38,270 bases of DNA, taken from Macrostomum lignano. Its lineage: Eukaryota. Every line of letters begins with the position of its first letter. Position 1 is the first letter of the stretch. Position numbers and translations under genes: made by a program. The stretch lies in assembly GCA_002269645.1 (NCBI GenBank), contig NIVC01004030.1, forward strand, positions 1-38,270, given 5' to 3'. Below are positions 1-11,790 of the stretch, in pieces. The notes beneath the pieces were generated by a model. It was given only the letters and a program-made list of their open reading frames with translations, was not told where the DNA came from and ran no database searches.

Positions 1-800
1 GGGAATTCCGATAATCTCAACCTAATCATATGAGAAATCCCCCCTATGAATTGGAATCTACAGTAGGGAATTCCGACGAGTCTCAACCTAATCATATGAG
101 AAATTCCGCCCCTATGAATTGGAATCTACACTAGGGAATTCCGATAATCTCAACCTAATCATATGAGAAATTCCCACCTATGAATTGGAATCTACAGTAG
201 GGAATTCCGATAATCTCAACCTAATCATATGAGAAATTCCGCCCTATGAATTGGAATCTACACAGTAGGGAATTCCGATAATCTCAACCTAATCATATGA
301 GAAATTCCCACCTATATGAATTGGAATCTACAGTAGGGAATTCCGATAATCTCAACCTAATCATATGAGAATTCCCCCCTATGAATTGGAATCTACACGT
401 AGGAATTCCGATAATCTCAACCTAATCATATGAGAAATTCCCACCTATGAAATTGGAATCTCACAGTGGAATTCCGACGAGTCTCAACCTAATCATATGA
501 GAAATCCCCCCTATGAATTGGAATCTACACTAGGGAATTCCGATAATCTCAACCTAATCATATGAGAAATTCCCACCTATGAATTGAGAATCGACAGTAG
601 GGAATTCCGACGAGTCTCAACCTAATCATATGAGAAATTCCCCGCCAATGAGCCTTTTGGAATCTACACTAAGGGAATTCCGATAATCTCAACCTAATCA
701 TATGAGAAATTCCCACCTATGAATTGGAATCTACAGTAGGGAATTCCGATGAGTCTAAGCCTAATCATACGAGAAATTCCCCCAATGAGCCTTTTGAAAT
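1..800. repeat. ~66-bp satellite array (left copy; runs off the window start)
   Basis: Unit gggaattccg(ataa/acgag)tctcaacctaatcatatgagaaattcccacctatgaattggaatctacagta, with starts near 1, 66, 134 and 200. It is the same family as 6369-7604 and has many 1-2 nt indels. Confidence 0.97.
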
Positions 801-864
801 CCACCTCGTACAGACTGCTTCCCTTAGTCAAGGATTCCATCTATGGAGTTAATCGCAGCCCTAA

Positions 865-3650
865 TTAGAAGGGATTAATCCTGGCGCCAGTCATGCTAGG
901 CGAGAACGGGTTCACCTTGGCCCACATGTACGCATCGTTCAGCCCGATGGTGAACCGGCCGTCCTCCAGGTAAAACACCGGCCCCCTGATTCGCTTCTCC
1001 ATGAAGAAGCAGTTGTCGAAGTCAGAGTGGTACGGCAGGGCGCTGCCGGCGGCCACATCTTCGCCGACCTCCAGGCCGGTGTCCCCAACGCACTTGCGCA
1101 CCAGCCCGCGCCACACCGGCCGCATCTCCTCCGGCAGGTGGCGCTCGTCGGCGCTGCCGCCCGAGCGCCTCATAAGCTTCCAGGCGTGCAGCTCCTTGTC
1201 CAGCAGCGACCGCGGTCAGCGCCCCGGCCCAGCCCGGCCATGGCGTCTTTGTGCCGCTCGAAGTGAAGCCGGGCGTGCCGAAACAGCGGCGCCACCACGG
1301 AATGGTAGCCCTGCCTGATGGCCTTCAACGCGCCAGGTAGGTGGCCAGGAACAGCAGCTCGTTCTTCTCCTGCACGGCGGAGGCCTGCTGCAGCTTGCCA
1401 GTGCGAGCGCAGCTCATCAGCTCCACGAGCGCCTCCACGGAGTTCAACGTCCACGGCGAGTCGCGATCGTTAAGAATGTCGCGCACCGCGGCCAGACCGA
1501 ACTCCAGGCCAGCCAGCGGGTTGGGCGACAGCAGATAGTGGCCGACAATGTCCAGCTGGAGGCGCAGCGAGACTCCGGCGTGCCAGAAGCGCCAGTCGGA
1601 GCGTCGGCCCGCAGCCGCTCGGCGATCTCCAGGCAGGCGTCCAGGCCGGGCAGGCCCAGCACGCGGTGCACAGCGTCAATGTCGCCAGCCGAGCCCGAGA
1701 AGCGGCAGGCGAACGCCACCAAGAGGTCCTGGCGCCGGCTGTGCAGCTCCGCCAGCTTGGCCAGCAGCTCCGCCCGGCGCTTGGCGTCCAGGCCGGGCAG
1801 CCTGTCGAGTCGCCAGCCGCTCCACTCGGCGGCGAAGTTGCGCAGCCGCTGGTCGCAGGACTCGACTCGCGTCGCCAGCCAGAGCGCCAAGTCGAGCTCG
1901 TTGCCGCGCAGCAGCTTGCCGACGGCCGATTCAACGTCGCCGATGGCCAAGTGGCAACAGGCGGCGTCCACCGGGGCGCCGCGCTGAAACAGACTGTCGG
2001 CCAGGCTGCCCAGGCGTGCGCAGCCGATCTGGGCTGCTGACGCCGGCCTGCGGTGCTCCCGGATTCGTCCGGATCGTCCGGCCCGGCGAACAGGCCCTCG
2101 TGCGCAGCCTGCGCCACCATCAGCGCGTCCGAATATTTCCCGCGCCGGGTGAGCAACTGGGCGGCGGAGTCGGCCGCCCCGGTGGCCACGGAGAAAGCAA
2201 CTAGGTCGTCGAGTTCCAGGCTTCGCTGGCTGGCCATGTACCGGTGGCACAGCTCGCGCCAGAAGGCCTGAGAGACGCCCGGCGCCAGGGCCAGGGCGCG
2301 CTCCCCGGCCCAGCTGGGCCTGCAGCTCGCAGTAGCGGCGCAGGTGGCCGCAGCGCAGATGGGCCGCGGCCGCGTCCCGCAGCTGTCGGTGCCGCGAAGT
2401 CGGCCGTCCGGCCGTCGCCACCGATGCCGACGAGGACAAGGAATTGGAGGCGGCCAGTTCAAGCTGCTGGGCCCGGGCGGCCTGGAACTTCAGCAGGTCC
2501 TTGGCGGCCACGTAGCTGCCGGCCGGCCGTAGGAGTCGCCAAGCGCGGCTGTCGGCGTGCCGGCGAGCGCCCGCTGCAGGTCATGCAGGTTGCCGGCAGC
2601 CGGGCTGGCGTGCAGCAGCAGAGCCAGCTGGTCGCCGCCGCAGCTGCTGGTGCTGCGACCACGCTGCCAGCATCGCGGAGAAGCCGGCGCGACTGGCTGC
2701 CGGACAGAGCCGGCTGGCCCGGCTGCTGCCTGAGCGCGGCTTCGGCCGGCAGGATGAAGGAGTCGGCCATGCCGCGGAACAGCAGGCAGGCGGGCAGGGG
2801 CCGGCCAGCTCGGCAAGCGACCACAGCCGCAGCGTGGAGTCGCGCGAGCACGAGGCCAGCAGCATGGGCGGCGCGGGTGCAGCGCCAGGCCGTAGACGTC
2901 GGAGCGGTGGTCGGTGACGGCCGCCAGACAGGAGCCGTCGCGGATGTCCCAGCAGTGGATGTGGCAGTCCCAGCTGCCGGACACGAGCATGTAGGCCAAC
3001 TCGGGGTGCCAGACAAGGCCGCGCACTGGCCCGGTGTGGCCTTTGAGGTGGGCGACGCTCTTCTCGGCGGTGCAGTCCCAGACTCGAATCGTGCCGTCGT
3101 CCGAGCCGCTGCACAGGTAGCTCTCGCGCAGCGGCGACCAGCGCACGCCGAACACCTTGCTGGCGTGGCCGGTGAAAACTCGGTTGGGCCGGTCACCGCC
3201 CGCGCTGGCCAGATAGAAGATCCGGACAGCTTTGTCCTCGCAGGCTGTGGCCAGAATGTCGCGCGAGTGCTGGTGCCAGGCGACGCCGTAGACAGCGGCC
3301 GGGTGGCTCAACCGGCGGGCAAGTCGGCCGCAGTCGTCGCGCACAACGCAGGTGCAGTCGGCCGAGGCCGAGGCGAGATGGTGCGGCGCCTTGGCGCTCC
3401 AGCTGACGCAGTAGACCGCCTGCTGGCCGTGCTCGGTAAAGCGGCTGTCGATGCAGCCAGTGGCGACGTCGAGGACGAAGATGCCGTTCTTGGCGGTGGC
3501 TCCGGCTACGCGCGCGCCGTCCGGGCTCCAGGCGATGCTGTAGACGATGCCCTCGTTGTCCGGCGAGCTCTGCACCGGGCTGAAGCCGGCGCCGCTGATC
3601 CGCCAGAGCTTCACGGCGCGGCCGTCGAAGCTGCCGGTGGCCAGCAGGCT
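865..3650 (-). pseudogene. WDR17: 5'-truncated duplicate of WDR17 (3' ~2.8 kb) with multiple frameshifts
   Basis: Near-identical to 7669-10461 at an offset of about 6804-6810. It ends in the same C-terminus (..WAKVNPFSPSMTGARINPF*) and stops abruptly at SLLATGSFDG (3650), where a CT microsatellite begins. Many single-base indels fall in homopolymers, so it is either a decaying copy or a poorly polished haplotig. Confidence 0.85.
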
Positions 3651-4010
3651 CCTCTCTCTCTCCTCTCCTCTCTCTCTCCTCTCTCTCTCCTCTCCTCTCT
3701 CTCTCCTCTCCTCTCCTCTCCTCCTCTCTCTCTCTCTCTCTCCTCTCATCTCCTCTCCTCTCCTCTCCTCTCTCTCTCCTCTCCTCTCTCTCCTCTCCTC
3801 TCCTCTCCTCTCCTCTCCTCTCCTCTCCTCTCCTCTCCTCTCCTCTCCTCTCCTCTCCTCTCCTCTCCTCTCCTCTCCTCTCCTCTCCTCTCCTCTCCTC
3901 TCCTCTCCTCTCCTCTCCTCTCTCTCCTCTCCTCTCCTCTCCTCTCCTCTCCTCTCCTCTCTCTCCTCTCCTCTCCTCTCCTCTCCTCTCCTCTCCTCTA
4001 CTCTCCTCTC
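3651..4010. repeat. (CTCTC)n/(CT)n microsatellite
   Basis: About 360 bp of pure C/T repeat, directly abutting the truncation point of the WDR17 duplicate. Confidence 0.98.
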
Positions 4011-4734
4011 CATTATTCTTTCGCATATCATTTCTCCTATTTCTCTTGTCTCTTATCTATTTCCTCTGACCCTCTCCTCTCTGCCCTCCGCAGTCATGCC
4101 ACTAGATTCTCTATCTGGCCCTTGATGTAAAAGAGTTTGCCGACACGTGAATTATCGTGTCCAACTAAGCTCAGCTCCAGAGCACCCTGCTGTGCCGGAA
4201 CTTTTAAAACCATGAAATGCCTTTAGGATCCAAGCGAAGTAGTATCTAGAGAACAGACAGGTGTGTACTCCTATCTTCAGCTTTATTTATTAACCTGAAA
4301 CTGAACTGAGCTGGCCTCAGCTAGTTCGCGAAGTAATCTTGGCATTGTTGATCGATAAACAAAACGAGGAAAACGAGGAAAACACAACGGCCAGCTCGAG
4401 AGACTGACAGGATGCAGCGGGAGAGAAGGGGTGTTAAATGGCCTGTAGCCTCTTCCACCACTCGTATAATCTGCAAGTATGATAAATCATAAATGAATTC
4501 GCAGACAGGAGACAACGGAAACTTGGATGGAGATTATGGGGGTGGGCAGGAAGAGACCAGAGAGACAGAGACTGGTGAATGGATGGGAATATTAGTTAGT
4601 TAATTAGGAGACTTATAGAGATATTAGGGTTTGAAGGAATTATGAAGAGATGCGACAGGAACAGTATAAGGGTAGGGTAGGTTGAGAGAGGTAATGACGG
4701 ACTGACGAAATAATGGAGAGGTTGTGAGGGAGAG

Positions 4735-5820
4735 GGGTAGTGACGTAGTGAGATAGTGAGGGAGAGGAGTGAGAAAGGTAGTGAGACAGGTAGTGAGAGA
4801 GGTAGTGAGTGAGGTTGTGATGTAGGTTGTGATAGAGATAGTAAGGGGGAGGGTTAGTGAGGGAGAGGGGTAGTGAGGGGAGGGTTAGTGAGGAAGAGGG
4901 GTAGTGAGGGAGAGGGTTAGTGAGGGAGAGGGGTAGTGAGGGGGAGGGGTAGTGAGGGAGAGGGTAGTGAGGGGAGGGGTAGTGAGGGAGAGGGTTAGTG
5001 AGGAAGAGGGGTAGTGAGGGGGAGGGGTAGTGAGGGAGAGGGGTAGTGAGGGAGAGGGTTAGTGAGGGAGAGGGGTAGTGAGGGGAGGGTTAGTGAGGAA
5101 GAGGGGTAGTGAGGGAGAGGGTTAGTGAGGGAGAGGGGTAGTGAGGGGGAGGGTAGTGAGGGAGAGGGTAGTGAGGGGAGGGGTAGTGAGGGAGAGGGTT
5201 AGTGAGGAAGAGGGGTAGTGAGGGGGAGGGGTAGTGAGGGAGAGGGTTAGTGAGGGAGAGGGGTAGTGAGGGGGAGGGGTAGTGAGGGAGAGGGGTAGTG
5301 AGGGAGAGGGTAGTGAGGGAGAGGGGTAGTGAGGGAGAGGGGTAGTGAGGGAGAGGGTAGTGAGGGGGAGGGGTAGTGAGGGAGAGGGTTAGTGAGGAAG
5401 AGGGGTAGTGAGGGAGAGGGTTAGTGAGGGAGAGGGGTAGTGAGGGGGAGGGGTAGTGAGGGAGAGGGGTAGTGAGGGAGAGGGGTAGTGAGGGAGAGGG
5501 GTAGTGAGGGAGAGGGGTAGTGAGGGAGAGGGGTAGTGAGAGAGAGGGGTAGTGAGAGGGGGTAGTGAGGGAGAGGGGTAATGAGGGAGAGGGGTAGTGA
5601 GGGGGAGGGGTAGTGAGGGGGAGGGGTATTGAAGGAGAGGGGTAGTGAGGGAAAGAGGTAGTGAGGGAGAGGGGTAGTGAGGGAGAGGGGTAGTGAGGGG
5701 AGGGGTAGTGAGGGAGAGGGGTAGTGAGGAAGAGGGGTAGTGAGGGAGAGGGGTAGTGAGGAAGAGGGGTAGTGAGGAAGAGGGGTAGTGAGAGAGAGGG
5801 GTAGTGAGGGAGAGGGGTAG
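4735..5820. repeat. ~16-17-bp G-rich minisatellite (AGTGAGGGAGAGGGGT)n
   Basis: Visible tandem units with small variants over about 1.1 kb. It generates the spurious PLPHYPSPSLPLSLTT ORFs. Confidence 0.96.
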
Positions 5821-6368
5821 CGATTGAGAGGTGGTGAGGGAATGGTGAAGAGAGGTAGCAGTGAGGCCAGGAACGGAGAGCACTGATGGAGAAAGGTATT
5901 GCAGAGACTGTGGATGCAGTACATGCCTGAAAGAGTGTGCCTGGCTGAAGCGCGCAGCGGAGGAGGCCTAGCAGCTGATTGCCAAAGCAAAGCAACAAAT
6001 TGCGGTCTCCAATACAGTTTTTCACAAGGAAAATCATCGCACAAAAACTGATATTATAAAATAGTTAACAAATTAAGATTACAGACAGTAACAGTTAGGG
6101 GGTGAAAATTGAAATTATTGTTCAATTTTAGGATCGGGCACAGCGGGGGGGGGGCTTCGGTGGCACACAGTTGGACATAAAGTGAAATAATCAAAAACAC
6201 GCAGAGCTATTTGAGTCAATTATAGAAGAACTAATTGTGCGCTAATGAATAGAGCAGTGGAATGAACGGCTCAATAAAGAATTCAGCGATTACATAGACC
6301 TATAATTTGAGGCCAATTATTTAACTGCGCTCCAACGAGCTGTGAATAATGAACGCACCTTAGTCTTG

Positions 6369-7604
6369 TCATATGAGAAATTCCCCCCAATGAGCCTTTT
6401 GGAATCTACACTAGGGAATTCCGATAAATCTCAACCTAATCATATGAGAAATCCCCCCCCTATGAATTGAAATCGACAGTAGGGAATTCCGACGAGTCTC
6501 AACCTAATCATATGAGAAATCCCCCCTATGAATTGGAATCTACACTAGGGAATTCCGATAATCTCAACCTAATCATATGAGAAATTCCCACCTATGAATT
6601 GAAATCGACAGTAGGGAATTCCGACGAGTCTCAACCTAATCATATGAGAAATCCCCCTATGAATTGGAATCTACACTAGGGAATTCCGATAATCTCAACC
6701 TAATCATATGAGAAATCCCCCCCCTATGAATTGAAATCGACAGTAGGGAATTCCGACGAGTCTCAACCTAATTATATGAGAAATCCCCCTATGAATTGGA
6801 ATCTACACTAGGGAATTCCGATAATCTCAACCTAATCATATGAGAAATTCCCACCTATGAATTGAAATCGACAGTAGGGAATTCCGACGAGTCTCAACCT
6901 AATCATATGAGAAATCCCCCCTATGAATTGGAATCTACACTAGGGAATTCCGATAATCTCAACCTAATCATATGAGAAATTCCCACCTATGAATTGGAAT
7001 CTACAGTAGGGAATTCCGATGAGTCTAAGCCTAATCATATGAGAAATCCCCCCTATGAATTGGAATCTACACTAGGGAATTCCGATAATCTCAACCTAAT
7101 CATATGAGAAATTCCCACCTATGAATTGAAATCGACAGTAGGGAATTCCGACGAGTCTCAACCTAATCATATGAGAAATCCCCCCTATGAATTGGAATCT
7201 ACACTAGGGAATTCCGATAATCTCAACCTAATCATATGAGAAATTCCCACCTATGAATTGGAATCTACAGTAGGGAATTCCGACGAGTCTCAACCTAATC
7301 ATATGAGAAATCCCCCCTATGAATTGGAATCTACACTAGGGAATTCCGATAATCTCAACCTAATCATATGAGAAATCCCCCCTATGAATTGAAATCGACA
7401 GTAGGGAATTCCGACGAGTCTCAACCTAATCATATGAGAAATTCCCCCCAATGAGCCTTTTGGAATCTACACTAGGGAATTCCGATAATCTCAACCTAAT
7501 CATATGAGAAATTCCCACCTATGAATTGGAATCTACAGTAGGGAATTCCGATGAGTCTAAGCCTAATCATACGAGAAATTCCCCCCAATGAGCCTTTTGA
7601 AATC
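6369..7604. repeat. ~66-bp satellite array with alternating A/B units (~133-bp dimer)
   Basis: About 18-19 units. Variants ccgataatctc...tcgacagta and ccgacgagtctc...ctacacta mostly alternate. The array ends about 65 bp from the WDR17 stop codon. Confidence 0.97.
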
Positions 7605-7668
7605 CACCTCGTACAGACTGCTTCCCTTAGTCAAGGATTCCATCTATGGAGTTAATCCGCAGCCCTAA

Positions 7669-10600
7669 TTAGAAGGGATTAATCCTGGCGCCAGTCATGC
7701 TAGGCGAGAACGGGTTCACCTTGGCCCACATGTACGCATCGTTCAGCCCGATGGTGAACCGGCCGTCCTCCAGGTAAAACACCGGCCCCCTGATTCGCTT
7801 CTCCATGAAGAAGCAGTTGTCGAAGTCAGAGTGGTACGGCAGGGCGCTGCCGGCGGCCACATCTTCGCCGACCTCCAGGCCGGTGTCCCCAGCGCACTTG
7901 CGCACCAGCCCGCGCCACACCGGCCGCATCTCCTCCGGCAGGTGGCGCTCGTCGGCGCTGCCGCCCGAGCGCCTCATAAGCTTCCAGGCGTGCAGCTCCT
8001 TGTCCAGCAGCGACCCGGTCAGCGCCCGGCCCAGCCCGGCCATGGCGTCTTTGTGCCGCTCGAAGTGAAGCCGGGCGTGCCGAAACAGCGGCGCCACCAC
8101 GGAATGGTAGCCCTGCCTGATGGCCTTCAACGCGCCCAGGTAGGTGGCCAGGAACAGCAGCTCGTTCTTCTCCTGCACGGCGGAGGCCTGCTGCAGCTTG
8201 CCAGTGCGAGCGCAGCTCATCAGCTCCACGAGCGCCTCCACGGAGTTCAACGTCCACGGCGAGTCGCGATCGTTAAGAATGTCGCGCACCGCGGCCAGAC
8301 CGAACTCCAGGCCAGCCAGCGGGTTGGGCGACAGCAGATAGTGGCCGACAATGTCCAGCTGGAGGCGCAGCCGAGACTCCGGCGTGCCAGAAGCGCCAGT
8401 CGGAGCGTCGGCCCGCAGCCGCTCGGCGATCTCCAGGCAGGCGTCCAGGCCGGGCAGGCCCAGCACGCGGTGCACAGCGTCAATGTCGCCAGCCGAGCCC
8501 GAGAAGCGGCAGGCGAACGCCACCAAGAGGTCCTGGCGCCGGCTGTGCAGCTCCGCCAGCTTGGCCAGCAGCTCCGCCCGGCGCTTGGCGTCCAGGCCGG
8601 GCAGCCTGTCGAGTCGCCAGCCGCTCCACTCGGCGGCGAAGTTGCGCAGCCGCTGGTCGCAGGACTCGACTCGCGTCGCCAGCCAGAGCGCCAAGTCGAG
8701 CTCGTTGCCGCGCAGCAGCTTGCCGACGGCCGATTCAACGTCGCCGATGGCCAAGTGGCAACAGGCGGCGTCCACCGGGGCGCCGCGCTGAAACAGACTG
8801 TCGGCCAGGCTGCCCCAGGCCGTGCGCAGCCGATCTGGGCTGCTGACGCCGGGCCTGCGGTGCTCCCGGGATTCGTCCGGATCGTCCGGCCCGGCGAACA
8901 GGCCCTCGTGCGCAGCCTGCGCCACCATCAGCGCGTCCGAATATTTCCCGCGCCGGGTGAGCAACTGGGCGGCGGAGTCGGCCGCCCCGGTGGCCACGGA
9001 GAAAGCAACTAGGTCGTCGAGTTCCAGGCTTCGCTGGCTGGCCATGTACCGGTGGCACAGCTCGCGCCAGAAGGCCTGAGAGACGCCCGGCGCCAGGGCC
9101 AGGGCGCGCTCCCACCGGCCCAGCTGGGCCTGCAGCTCGCAGTAGCGGCGCAGGTGGCCGCAGCGCAGATGGGCCGCGGCCGCGTCCCGCAGCTGTCGGT
9201 GCCGCGAAGTCGGCCGTCCGGCCGTCGCCACCGATGCCGACGAGGACAAGGAATTGGAGGCGGCCAGTTCAAGCTGCTGGGCCCGGGCGGCCTGGAACTT
9301 CAGCAGGTCCTTGGCGGCCACGTAGCTGCCGGGCCGGCCGTAGGAGTCGCCAAGCGCGGCTGTCGGCGTGCCGGCGAGCGCCCGCTGCAGGTCATGCAGG
9401 TTGCCGGCAGCCGGGCTGGCGTGCAGCAGCAGAGCCAGCTGGTCGCCGCCGCAGCTGCTGGTGCTGCCGACCACGCTGCCAGCATCGCGGAGAAGCCGGC
9501 GCGACTGGCTGCCGGACAGAGCCGGCTGGCCCGGCTGCTGCCTGAGCGCGGCTTCGGCCGGCAGGATGAAGGAGTCGGCCATGCCGCGGAACAGCAGGCA
9601 GGCGGGCAGGGGCCGGCCAGCTCGGCAAGCGACCACAGCCGCAGCGTGGAGTCGCGCGAGCACGAGGCCAGCAGCATGGGGCGGCGCGGGTGCAGCGCCA
9701 GGCCGTAGACGTCGGAGCGGTGGTCGGTGACGGCCGCCAGACAGGAGCCGTCGCGGATGTCCCAGCAGTGGATGTGGCAGTCCCAGCTGCCGGACACGAG
9801 CATGTAGGCCAACTCGGGGTGCCAGACAAGGCCGCGCACTGGCCCGGTGTGGCCTTTGAGGTGGGCGACGCTCTTCTCGGCGGTGCAGTCCCAGACTCGA
9901 ATCGTGCCGTCGTCCGAGCCGCTGCACAGGTAGCTCTCGCGCAGCGGCGACCAGCGCACGCCGAACACCTTGCTGGCGTGGCCGGTGAAAACTCGGTTGG
10001 GCCGGTCACCGCCCGCGCTGGCCAGATAGAAGATCCGGACAGCTTTGTCCTCGCAGGCTGTGGCCAGAATGTCGCGCGAGTGCTGGTGCCAGGCGACGCC
10101 GTAGACAGCGGCCGGGTGGCTCAACCGGCGGGCAAGTCGGCCGCAGTCGTCGCGCACAACGCAGGTGCAGTCGGCCGAGGCCGAGGCGAGATGGTGCGGC
10201 GCCTTGGCGCTCCAGCTGACGCAGTAGACCGCCTGCTGGCCGTGCTCGGTAAAGCGGCTGTCGATGCAGCCAGTGGCGACGTCGAGGACGAAGATGCCGT
10301 TCTTGGCGGTGGCTCCGGCTACGCGCGCGCCGTCCGGGCTCCAGGCGATGCTGTAGACGATGCCCTCGTTGTCCGGCGAGCTCTGCACCGGGCTGAAGCC
10401 GGCGCCGCTGATCCGCCAGAGCTTCACGGTGCCGTCGAAGCTGCCGGTGGCCAGCAGGCTCTCGTCCCGCGGGCTGAACTCGCAGTCGAAGACGGTCTCG
10501 ACGTGGCCCATTTCGCGCAGGAAGTGCCAGTCCCGACGCTGAACGTCGTACAGCCCGACTCCGCCGTCCAGAAAGGCGCACAGCAGCAGGCAGTCGGGCA

Positions 10601-11708
10601 GGCAGTAGCCCCCGACGGTTGTCGCAGTCGCCAATGAAGAAGCCGTCGAAGCCGCCGTCGAGTCGCAGCCGGCGTCCCCGACAGTTGGCGGCTCTAACGG
10701 CGCGGCGGAGCACCCCGTCAAGGCCAGCACGCGCAGATTGCGGAAGCCGGACTTTTTCACGCGGATGTTATCGATCGGGGTGGCCCGGGACACGCTGTAG
10801 AGCCGCAGCACGCCTGTGGCGGAGTCGCCGGCAACGAACAGGCCGGGAGCGCTAGGCAGCCAGGCCAGGCTGTGCGCCGGAGAAGCAGCCGAGGGCAGCT
10901 GGAACACCACGCTGGTCGTCTGCGCGTCCACATCAACCAGTCGCAGGCCGTTGCAGCGCGAGTCCACCAGAAGGAAATTCGGCGACAGAGCGTCCCATTC
11001 AAGGCCAAGCACGGTGTCCTCGGCGTCTTCTTCGTCCTCGGCGAGGTCGTCCTCGGCCTCGAGGAAGCTGACTCGACGCAGAGCTTTCTTGCCGGGCCGG
11101 ACAACGCTCAGAGTGCCGTCCTCGTGGCCCAGGGCGATGCGTCCAGCAGCTTCGCTGGAGTTGGCAGCTCCGGCCGGGTGCCAGCGGTAGATTGTCACCT
11201 GACTGGCCAGGGCCTGCGTCTCCTTGTGCACTGCCGGCGTCTGCGAGGCCGACCCGGCGGCGCCGCTGTAGTTCCACAGCATCAGCGGGCCGCCGCCGTC
11301 AAGGAAGCCGACGGTGCCGTGGCTGTGCGGCAGGAAGGAGGCGCATCGCGGCTGCATCGGCTCCGGCAGGGCCAGGCGAACCAGCGGCGCCTGCTTGCGG
11401 ACGTTCCACACCAGCAGCAGCGGATCCAGGCTCGCCGACACGAACAGATCGCCGTCGGCTGGGTGCCAGGACAGCGAGGTGACGGTCTTCTTGTGCTGCG
11501 CCATGACGCTGACCAGCTGGTAGGGCCCGCCGCCGCCCGGCTTGGCCTGCTCGTAGACATAGACGGCCAGGGTGGCTGCGAAGGCGAACCTACTGGCGTC
11601 CGGCGAGCAGGCCAGCGTGTCGGAGCTCCAGGGCTGGCAGCCGGCCTCCAGCAGCGCCAGCTGACGCACCTGACACGGCATTGTGTAGGGAAACACTGTG
11701 CTCATCAT
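7669..11708 (-). CDS. WDR17: WD repeat-containing protein 17 (~1,346 aa), single exon, one frameshift at 9609-9612
   Basis: The N-terminal ORF (QVRQLALLEAGCQPW; GHVETVFDCEF; HPAAVYGVAW; SCSRDSTLRLWSL) and the C-terminal ORF (AACCHLAIGDVESAVGKLLRGNELDLA; GPVFYLEDG; NDAYMWAKVNPFS..RINPF*) match the known WDR17 sequence by recall. Adding one base to the G4 run at 9609-9612 joins them colinearly (LAELAGP-LPACLLF). Confidence 0.95.
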
Positions 11709-11757
11709 GATGACTGCTCCTGCTCCTGCTGCCCGTGGGTCCTTTGAGTCTTTTGAG

Positions 11758-11790
11758 CTGATGAAGCGAGGTTAATAACAAAAAATCGGG
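11758..11790 (-). promoter_or_regulatory. Splice-acceptor-like site ~50 nt upstream of the WDR17 ATG (5'UTR intron or trans-splice acceptor)
   Basis: The minus strand reads ttttttgttattaacctcgcttcatcAG, followed by a short leader to the ATG. A candidate donor G|GTGAGC lies at about 12080. Confidence 0.4.

Noticed and set aside
5920-6063. Coiled-coil-looking frame TCLKECAWLKRAAEEA*QLIAKAKQQIAVSN..
   Set aside because: It is short, interrupted by a stop, has no clear splice sites and matches no recognisable family.
1-7604. NF-kB-like GGGAATTCC in each 66-bp satellite unit
   Set aside because: It does not complete the 10-bp kB consensus (it ends in G), and nothing else at the locus links it to Rel factors.
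9600-9625. Programmed -1 ribosomal frameshift in WDR17
   Set aside because: There is no X XXY YYZ slippery heptamer in the right frame. A similar G-run deficit at 35379 and many homopolymer indels in the duplicate make a sequencing error or simple mutation more economical.
1001-11747. Numerous overlapping and antisense ORFs across both WDR17 copies (e.g. 2244-4130, 7831-9012, 9690-10637, 10872-11747)
   Set aside because: These are shadow ORFs expected in ~70% GC coding DNA and show no recognisable domains.
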